A stretch of 64,000 nt of DNA, from the NCBI GenBank assembly GCA_012295275.1, contig CM022679.1, positions 2,728,001-2,792,000 on the forward strand. Direction: 5' to 3'. The translations under genes were made by a program, and so were the position numbers. The notes below the pieces were generated by a model that did not search any database, was not told the DNA's origin, and saw nothing but the letters and a program-made list of their open reading frames with translations. This document shows positions 54,149 through 64,000 of the stretch, one piece after another. Positions within the stretch are counted from its first letter, which is position 1. Every line of letters begins with the position of its first letter. The stretch comes from Chrysomallon squamiferum (lineage: Eukaryota > Animalia > Mollusca).

Positions 54149-56810
54149 ATTTACACTATTTCAGTATTTGAAGGTTAATTAATTTTTTTTTTTTTAATTC
54201 AGGATTTATTTTTTTAAATATTTTTTTTAATACAATTCCAGAAGTAAAAATACATAAAATAATAAACCTTTTTTTGAAAGGTCCCATCTAGAGCAGCAAC
54301 TATTACCACTTTGCCTATTTCTGCCAGTTCATTGCAGAACTCAACAATATCAGGAAACTAAAATTACAAAAATATACATATTTGGAAACACTTAATTTTT
54401 CTGATGCCGAAATCAAATTTTTGTATAAAAATTACCCAGATTTAATTTCAGGAATATTAACATTTTCGCCACTAAAAACAGTTATAAAAAAAATAAAATA
54501 AAATAAAACTGTTGGCAGATATTAATATATATTGATATTAAACCACAAATGTTTGCATTTTTTTTCTTTCATTTTGAGCCAATACAAATTTAATAAAATT
54601 AACTAAAATGAAATTCATTACAGTTCAGATTTAATCAGTGATTCAGTTTGTATTCTAATCCAGGAATTCTAATCACCCTGGAAACTAAGAGTATATCTTT
54701 GTATAAAATGAAATTTTTAGACTTCAAAAAAAAAAAAAATAATAATAATAATAAAATAAAATAAAATAAATAATAATAATAATAATAAAAAAAAATAATA
54801 ATAAATAAAAATAAAATAAATGAAAAAATAAAAAAAACATAATTAATACTAATAAAAAAAAAAAACATAAAATAAAATAAAATAAAATAAAATAAAATAA
54901 AATAAAATAGAATAATAAAAAACAATCAGATATTAAAATTAATATTTCTACTCACAAACTGTCCCTCATCTATTCCAAGAACATCGTAACTCATTGCTTG
55001 TGTCATTAGAGTGTTGAGTTTGTCTGCAGACACAGCTGGTAATGTCTGTCTGAAATTAGAATTCTAACTGAAACAAATTGCCTCGAGTTTCTAGTTAAAA
55101 ATAAATGAAGCTGTTGACAAAAAAACGTAACTCAAGCTAGGTCTGTAGCACAATTTAACATTCAGTGAACATTTTGACCTTTTTTTTTTTTATCATATTT
55201 GGCTTCACTTTTGCATAATAGTTATGATTTTTCTGTACTAGTTGTCATGATTTTTGTCAACTACAATAAAATAATCTTATTTTCTTTGTGCTTTTCTATG
55301 TGATAAAATGTAAAAATTAAAAAAAGAACATGAAATGTACCTCCCCTAATAAATTGCAAATGAAATATGAAAATAATAATAATAATGGACTTGTTTTTTT
55401 ATCTTCATAGTGATTATAAACTGCTCTCTAGAAGTAAAACGTGTAACTGAATTTATTGATTTCAGATAATCCAACAGATTGTACTGAAGAGAAAACTAAT
55501 ATACAAACCATATACATTAGTGTGTCTAAACAATTACAAGCATGATGTTATCTACCCGAATATGCATTTCTGCTATCTTACTTGTCATGGGTAGCAATGC
55601 CATCTTTATCATATCTGTCATCATTTGAATATTTAATTATCATGCACTTGTAATTAGCAATTTGATATCTCTTCATTCTTCTCATTAATTCAGTTCTGAA
55701 AACAATTATAAAATAATAATAATAATAAATAATTAACAATTTAGCTACTAGTACTAAAGTCATTACTAATCTTACTTTATAAAGAAATACAAGAAATTTA
55801 GTTTTAAGATTCCACATGAAAATCCATGAATTTTTTTTAGAACTAAACAATCTATTATAGATAATTTGATAAACTTTATATGTCACCAGTAGCAAGGAAG
55901 AATCAATTACCTCCCGTCAGTCAAAACGTGATAATCCCCCCGAGTGATGTAACTGATTTACTAATTCTTCATGACTAAGTCGCTAACTCCATGTTAGTTC
56001 ACGAAATGCTTGTAACCCGACCAATTCATATTTTGATAAACAAATGTTTATACACTAATACAGACTGGATGATCGTATAGGTTAAAATGGCAACATACCG
56101 GTTAAATGTTTGTCGCGGAAAACCAGACCGATAAAACGAAGAAAATTTGTTTATTTAAATACAAACAATCGGTGGCGCATTTTGTGGAGGCGATAAACGG
56201 GGTGGGGTAGACATGATAAAGAGGCGTGACGTTATGTCACAGCCTTTGTCACATAAATCATGGAATGCTGGATGGAATGGGAAAACCCCCAAATGATTCT
56301 TCAAGGACTGATTCCACGAACTGTAACGTCTGACGATACTCATCATACTGCATATAATTATACTATTATCTCCAGTATCGTTTTAAGTTTTTAAAAGTAA
56401 TAGTAATAAATGTAATTATAATTTGTGTAGACTCAACTTTAATACATTTAATTCTTCTTTTTTTTTTTGAAGATATAAATTATAATATACAATTACTAAA
56501 TTAGTGAATTACAAATGAAATGTATATAGCATATACTTACGTCTTTCCTGAAAACATGGGGCCAAAAATAATCTGCAATAAATGATACCGTTTTAATATA
56601 ATTATATGCACACGAACACGGACACAACCACTGCAAAATTAATATAATAAACATAAATTCTGATTATATGCACGAATTTATAAACAGAGTGACAGACGTA
56701 TTATGATTATGACTATAACACTATTGACTAGAGTTAAAATAGATAACCTGAATTTGTCCTTTCCTGGTGGTTTTTGTTGGCAGTGACATTATAAGATGGC
56801 TTGACGACAT
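53236..56810 (-). CDS. TK1: Thymidine kinase 1, cytosolic
   Basis: Exons 56748-56810, 56541-56572, 55582-55695, 54956-55049, 54268-54357, 53793-53912, 53236-53379. P-loop [28 protein letters not shown], and the Zn-lasso motifs CMNC and [16 protein letters not shown]. Confidence 0.96.
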
Positions 56811-57131
56811 TATGACTATCTTGCTGAATTATGTTGTGAAAAAAAAAAAAAAAAGGGAAGTATCACTTTTAAGAATCACTAGTAACGTTTTAGCGCGTTA
56901 AATTTCCCTCTTTTATTCACACTGATATCTACTAATAAATTATAATCGCAACCATGGGCCTGTCTATTAACGGAAAGGAACGAATTCTCGGCGATTTCTA
57001 ACGAAATTCTTTTAACAGGCTTTGTAAAAAAAGAGAAGAAAACAGAACGGAATTGAACGAGGTCTGGCGATTGCTTAGTCTCGGTCAGCCATAAACTCAT
57101 AAAAGCGTTGGTTTCCTTAACAACCACAAGA
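56811..57131. promoter_or_regulatory. Bidirectional promoter TK1/CCDC96 with X-box-like site
   Basis: Start codons are 321 bp apart head-to-head; the interval is CpG-enriched. GTTTCCTTAACAAC at 57111-57124; E2F-like TTTAGCGCG near 56889-56897. Confidence 0.6.
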
Positions 57132-57408
57132 ATGGCGGACTCACAGGTAAAACAATAAGAAACAGTTAAATTATTATAAACATTTAATATTACGCTTTTA
57201 GCATAATAGATTTTATTTTCACTATGCATAATTTCAAATTATTATTAACGTTCATCGAAAACATATTTTCGTTCATTATGCAAAATGGGACATAAATTAG
57301 TTTTACAAATTAAGAATATAAAAGTAACACCATCACTCTACCCTCCCAAAATAACAAAACAGTAAAAATAATGTCAGATATTTTTAATACGCTTGAATTT
57401 ATATTTAA

Positions 57409-57465
<57 letters not shown>

Positions 57466-57576
57466 TAATAATAAAATTCATATTACATAAAACATGACAG
57501 ATTTATCATTACATGATTATTTTTGAAAATAATATTTGTCAACCACATATATATATATATATGTTTTTTTTAAATT

Positions 57577-57607
<31 letters not shown>

Positions 57608-60600
57608 TGTGTTGTCTTAATATCTTTATCTTTAATTATTTTATTGTATTCATTTTTTTTCTTCAGGAAACAGAACAGACACCAACTGCTGGTGAGGAAA
57701 ATGTTGAAACACCAAAAACAGAAACATCTACACCAGCTCCTACTACAGAAGAACCACAGCCAGATGAGCAGCCAAAAGCTGACGAAGCAGAGAGTAAAGA
57801 TGAAGAGTCAAAAACTGAGGAACCACCATCAGAACAACCAGAAGGTAAGACAAATAATAATAATAACAACAATAACAATAACAATAACAATAATAATAAA
57901 ATAATAATAATAAAATTTAAAAAATAATAATTAATTTAAAATTTAAATAAGTAAAATTATACAAAAAAAATATATTTTACGTTTTGTCTCAAACCGAAAA
58001 ACTTTTATTTGAATTCTTCTGTTAAAAATAATTTATAAATTTATTACAGACAAAGCAGAACCAAAATCTGAAGAAGCTTCCATTGATCAGGTTGCAGCTG
58101 AGAGTAAATCTGAGGTAGCAGGTTCTGAACAAGCTGAAGTGCCACCTGAACCATCTGCAGAAGCAGAGAAACCAGCAGAAGGAGAAGAGACTACTAAAGG
58201 TTAATAACAGATGGAAAATATTTAACTAACAAATTTAAAAAAATATATAATTATACTATTTTTTTTTTTTTTTTTTTTTGGAATTAATTGAGAATATCAG
58301 TAAACAATATTTAAATCTGAATAAGTATGCAAGTTAAATACTTTTTGTATACCTCAAAGTTATGTTTTAATTTCTCCAGAGAATTCAGACTTTGCTAATA
58401 ATAAAGTAATATAGACAGTCTCTGGAGATTAATGGAATCATAATTTTATAATGATTCAAAACCTATTATGGAACAATTCATAAATACTTTATTTTGTTGT
58501 CCAACATGCAGAAGTTACTGAAACTGATGTAGAAGGAGGTACAGAACCTACTGAAGGAGAAAAAGTAGAAGGAGAAAAAGTGGAAGGAGAAGAGAAAGAA
58601 AAACCTGAGGGAGAGGAAGAGGAGAAAACTGAAGGAGAAGAGGTGGCAGAAGGAGCTGAAAAGGAGAAAGTTGGCGAGGAAGAAGAGAAGACTGAGGGGG
58701 AAGCTGTCACAACTGTGGGTGAAAGTGAAGAAGATGTTGCTGTTGCAGAATCAGTAATAACTCCAGGAAAAGAAGATGAAGAGGAGGGTGAAGAAGAGGA
58801 AAGAGATCAGTCACCACTTCCCAAGGTAAAATAAAACAAACATATTGTTTATCACGTTTTTACTTTCTATTGCATTTGTATTTACAGAATTTATAAACAT
58901 TAACTTTAACTGATATAGTTAAAGCATTTTGTAAGTCCAACACTCTACAGCTTATCCTGAATTAGCATCTGTATTTCTAATCTTTAATTAGCCTTTCTAA
59001 TTAGTTAAAATAATGAAAAAATTGAAATGTGAAGCTAAATTTTGTTTTGGTTATTAATCAAAGCTTTTGGCACTTTGGATTCCAGATTTTCTGTTTTAAA
59101 TGACTTGCAAAGTCTGATCGGATCCACATATAATTTTAGTGAAACCAATATAAAGTTCTGCTGTACCATTGCAGAAGAATAGAATTTTTAATTTCTTCTA
59201 CCATTAATAAATTGTTATTGTGTAAAAACAACTTTTATATTAGATGTAGATATAGATATAGATTATGTTGTGTTGTGTTGTGTTGTGTTGTGTTGTGTTA
59301 TATTATATTACATTATTTTATATGTTCTGTAATGTTATTTTATATGTTCTGTAATGTTATGTTATATTTTCTTGTAGAGTGATACGTTTGAAGAGGGAGA
59401 AAGACCGGCAAGTCCTGAAAGAATTGGAGAAAAACTTTCTCGTGAACCAACACCTGAGAGAGAACCTCCTGCAGAGCCTGTCACTGACATAAAACCAGAC
59501 TCACCTTTTGGTAAGTTTGCTTTGCCTTTGTGTCTGTATGTATGTCTGTGCACAGTCTTTCTGAGCTTCTGCTTGTGTGAATGGATGGGAGGAATGTGAA
59601 TCTGAATGTGTGTAGATGGGTTGTGGATGAGTGAGTGGATGGTTGGATTTGAATGTAAATGGAAGAGGTTGGATTTACATATGTGTGGATGGAGGGATGG
59701 ATGGTTAGATGTAAATATGCACGAATGAATGGGTATATGATGCATGTGAATGTGTCTGAATGGATGATTAGATGAATATATATATCTGGGATATCAAAGC
59801 AAGTTAGCAAATGGATGATGGTCAGTAATTATTATTAATATTTAGATGAGTTGATGAATGGAAGCATGTTAGAATTAACTGATGTATGGACAAATGGATG
59901 GGTAATAGATGGAAGAGTGTTTGGTGCCAGTGACAGTGTCTAAAACAAGACCAGATGTTTACTGAGTACACATATGACAGTAATTTGCTGTTGCTTTGTT
60001 CAGATGAAGAAGGAAAGCATGTCCACGACACAGTGTACGAGGAGGGTGAAGAGTTAGAAATGGAGGAAGAAGAAGAAGAAGCTGAAGAAGAAGTAGTACC
60101 AACATTTGACAGAGAGGCACTTATAGAGAAATATCATGTATGTCATTTGATACAGTTTGTTATAGAGAAATATCATCTGTTTGGTTTGACAGAGAGGTTC
60201 TTCTAGAGAAATATCACAAATGTAGTGTGATGTAGAAAATATTTGGTTGTGGTAACATTTTAACTTAAATATATTTTTAAGACATATGATGAAGTGTCCA
60301 TTTGCTGACACAAACAAACAGATTATATTAGCTTCTTTGAGTATTATTAATTCCTAGTGGCAAAGGTTTTCTAATAATAAAATAAACAACTGGAGGTGAG
60401 TAAGTGTGAATGGACAAGTGGATGAGAATACATGTGAAGACATTTTGCTTTCTTTTTTGTGTACTTATACTTAATCTTAAACTCTTATTCAACAGTAATA
60501 ATAATCTTGATGTATAAGAAAGGTGATTTAGTAGACATTATCTATCAAGCTTTAATTTGTGAAATAAAAGCTTCATTTGTCTCTGTGTTTGTCCAGTCCA

Positions 60601-61410
60601 TCCTGTCAGAAAGAGAAGTGTTACAGAATCATAACCTGCAGCTTCAGACAAAACTCAGTGATTATTTCCGCAAGAAGAAAGCAGACGAGAGGCAGGATTA
60701 CGACAAAAACGTCACAGATCAGGAACAGCGATATCTCAAATACATGGGTACTTGTTTGTTCGTCCATCCACACATCCACCCAAATATCTTTCTAACTATT
60801 AATCAGTTCTTAATTGGTTGATTTGTTCATCCATTCATTAATTAATGTTCTTATCATTTTTTTTTTTTTTTTATCCATACATTAATTTTTAATTTTTTTT
60901 TTATTATTTACTCACTCGTTCATACAGCTTTTTATACTTCATCATTTCATCATCAAATATTTGTGGTCCATTATCTCATTTTTGTCTCACTTATTCATTC
61001 CTCCAATTATCCCTCCCTTAATTCATTCATTTATTCATTCATCCATCCATCCATTCATTAAAATCATCCATCCATCCATCACTGGTGTTTTCTGTTTGTG
61101 TGCTGCAGCTCAGCTGGAAGATCTGCGAAGACAGGACATGCAGCAGAGGGAGTTGTACCAGAACCAGATTGAGGACCACAAGGCGAGGTGCGAGGAGAAG
61201 CGAGACAGAGTGGACGAGGAGAGGCAGAAGTTCATGGAGTTCAAGAAACAGATTGCTCTTAGTGCGATAAACACACGCTCAGGAAAACCCATCGCACCAA
61301 AGGTTAAGAACACTTTGATTATTGTTCTGCTGATACATCCGTGGATGAAAATTTATTAAACACACACAATCTTCTTTCTTTTTTAAATCCATAAATATAA
61401 TAAAAAATAA

Positions 61411-61441
<31 letters not shown>

Positions 61442-63612
61442 AAATTAAATTAAATTAAATTTAAAAAAAAATATAAAAATTAATAATAAGAAGAAGAAAA
61501 GAAAGAAAGAAAGATGGAAATAAAATAAAATAAAATAACATTTAAATAATAATAATAATAATCTTTTCCAACAGCTCTGTGTACCTGCTGAAACCTAATA
61601 CCTTAAGTTAAGAGGTCACAACATAATACAAACTAACCTGTATTAAGCAGCCACCTGTCTAGAAAGGACACCTTTCAATACTTCATTTGGTGGCTGATTA
61701 AAACAGATTTGCCTCTGAAGTGAAGTAAATAAACATTGACAAAAGATTTCTCATTATCTTTAAACATCAATTGCTTATCTGCTATTAATATTAAAATCTG
61801 TCTTTGCTTATTTAAACAAATATTTATTGCTTTATTTAATTTCATTGCATTAAAAGCATTATTATGGGTAATAATAACATTACTATTGTTTTAGGATACT
61901 GAACAGTACTTGAGCAATGAAAACAAGAAAGAATTGGAAGTTGTCAATGTCAGGTTAGAGAATATTAAACTGAAAAACAAACTCAAAAAGAAGGAACAAC
62001 AACTAAAATCAAAGGTTTGTATCCTATTATTTTTTATTTATTCATGATTTATTATTGTAATGATTCAGAAACATTAATGATATTTTTAATTTTTTGGAGT
62101 AATTTTCAATTTATATACTTGTTTATTTATTATTTGTAAAATTTGCTAAAATAACACTAACATTTTGTTTTTCTCTTCCATCGAACAGTATGCAGTATTT
62201 ATAGACAGAATATAAAATATCAGTCAAGTACTTTTTGTATCAAAATATTGATTATAAGGCATTACCTTATTTGTTTTTCAACAAATAAATAAATAAGAAA
62301 ATTAAAAATATTTCTAGACATTCATTATAACATAAAATTACTTTTATATCTATTTAATGTTTTCTTTTTCTTCACTTTTTTTAATTTTTTTTTTAATCAG
62401 GAAGAACTTGCAGAAGGTTTACACTTGATTGACTTTGAGCAGCTGAAGATAGAAAATCAAACTTACAATGAGAAGATTGAGGAACGAAATGAGGTATGAC
62501 ATTCTTTATTTAGCTTCTTAATCTGACAACAGGTGTCTGGATCAAATCTTGTTTCTACCTCTGATATCAGCACATTACATGACTGATTGATTTTTAAAAA
62601 TATATTTTTGTGTTTTGAAAGATTTGTTTTTCTGTTGTTTTATTTTCAGAATTACTGAAGCAAACACAGTTCTCTTTCTGAGCTAAAATGTCATCATTTT
62701 ATTTTCAGTATTAATGCAGCTGCTGAGAAAAGCAAACATTTTAAATTCGTTCAATAATTTTATATTTAAGTGCTGTCTTTGTGCAGCTGTTAACTGAATC
62801 TCCACTGAGAAGTTTTGAACCAAGCATCTCCCATAACCATCGTTTTACATTTGCAAAAACAGTAAATAACTGAAAACAAATTTTATTAAATTATATTTAG
62901 TTATTTTATAGGAATGTTTGTAGAATATTATTACCAGTATCAGCACAGTCACATTAAGAATTTATAAACAAAATAATAATTAAGCACTGTTAGTAATAGA
63001 AGATGTTGTTGTAGGAGTTGCTGAAGCTACATGAAAGATAACGAGGCAGTGCAGGTGTTGACACACCTGAAGGAGAAGCTGCAGTTTGTTCAGGCTGAGA
63101 ACCACGTACAGAGAGGAAATCTTCGAGAAGTGGAAGCCCTTGCAGCTCAGGTTTGTTTGTCTCTCAGTACTGATCTCAACATGTGAGTGTGGGTGTTTGG
63201 GTAAAGGGTCTGTATTTTGTATATTTGACTGCGAATTACCGAATGTTTAACTGGTTCTGGGCTGTGGATAAAATGACATTGATTCAATCTAGCATTCATT
63301 TGGTTGTTTTTTCATTCAAGTTTTCATTAATTTTTGCGTGTTTTTTTGTTGTTTTTTTGCTCACAGAAACGGGATATTTTATCAAGGACAAAACAAGCCA
63401 GGGATTCTCTCAGAATTGATAATCAACGTTTACGTCAGAACTGTGGTCTCCTTGGAAACGAGCCCCTGTTGAGAGATTTTGAAGAGCGCGTGGATGAGAG
63501 TGAAGAACTCAGAGACAAGCTGGAACGAATGAAAATGATTCATGCTGAAATGACCTTGACCTGTAACCAAGTGCGAAGAAAAATAGAACAGGCCAGATCA
63601 GGAAGAACATAG
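57132..63612 (+). CDS. CCDC96: CCDC96/CFAP184 (acidic N-terminus, DUF4201 coiled coil); apparent frameshift in exon 11
   Basis: Exons 57132-57146, 57667-57844, 58050-58199, 58512-58825, 59378-59510, 60004-60137, 60597-60747, 61109-61302, 61895-62014, 62401-62493, 63015-63150, 63367-63612. Motifs: LSDYFRKKK, EQRYLKYM, VRLENIKLK, EELAEGLHLIDFEQLKIENQTYNEKIEERNEE, VLTHLKEKL, GLLGNEPLLRDFEE. Confidence 0.92.
61627..61717. mobile_element. Short MITE-like element with terminal inverted repeats (Tc1/mariner-type) in a CCDC96 intron
   Basis: aacctgtattaagcagccacc (61635-61655) pairs with ggtggctgattaaaacagatt (61689-61709), 18/21 complementary. Confidence 0.55.
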
Positions 63613-64000
63613 GTCCCTTTACTGTTTTCTTAAAAGAAGAAATATGTTGTGTTATCAATAAAATTAATGATTTCTCGTGTTTTATAAGTCTTATTTTTTT
63701 ATTATTATTATTATTTTTTTATTTTATTTTTTTCACAAATTTTCATTATTTAAACCAAAATTTGGATTGCCTGTTGTATTCCTCTGAATATATTGTGGCC
63801 AAAATTTCAGAAGGACTGGACTGTTTATGTATCGTTTCTAAAGGTTATCAGTATCATGTCCTTTTATGTCTATTTTTGAATAAGATGGTGTACCTTCTTT
63901 GAAATATGAGGAGATTATTATTATTACTTTTTTTATTATTTCTTTTTTTTTTTCCTTTTTTTTTTTAATAATAAATTACACTCCATGTGGTGAGGGTATG

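Noticed and set aside
56329-56337. ATCGTCAG on the minus strand, identical to the 5' end of U8 snoRNA
   Set aside because: No downstream LSm motif, C box or D box at U8 spacing.
43921-56810. Horizontal or viral origin of the adjacent MAT and TK genes
   Set aside because: Both have spliceosomal introns largely at positions matching recalled vertebrate orthologs and animal-type sequences.

Overview
AT-rich, intron-rich eukaryotic (animal) DNA, probably a mollusc or other lophotrochozoan. That assignment is an inference from gene style and a degenerate SINE-like family. No prokaryotic features, CRISPR arrays, rRNA or tRNA genes were found. Splicing exons by hand gives six genes: the 3' end of KIF19 (+), CCDC33 (-), ASPSCR1/TUG (+), a divergent S-adenosylmethionine synthetase (MAT)-like gene (-), TK1 (-) and CCDC96/CFAP184 (+). 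Main observations: (1) The intact MAT-like gene keeps the ATP/triphosphate catalytic residues but has a rebuilt methionine pocket and gating loop (GAGDQG becomes PANDSA; E57Q, E70D, Q113H, I322H in human numbering), and it lacks the intron at the E57 codon. (2) A ~340-bp CpG-rich element sits in inverted orientation ~0.85 kb upstream of both ASPSCR1 and the MAT-like gene. (3) A 28-bp minisatellite creates 13 tandem copies of a CCDC33 3' splice site, and only the last is productive. (4) An intronic RFX/forkhead promoter with its own ATG exon lies inside CCDC33. (5) Frameshifts in CCDC33 and CCDC96 are probably assembly indels. Most ORF-track entries are microsatellite or low-complexity artefacts. 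All homology calls are from recalled protein sequences, not database searches.
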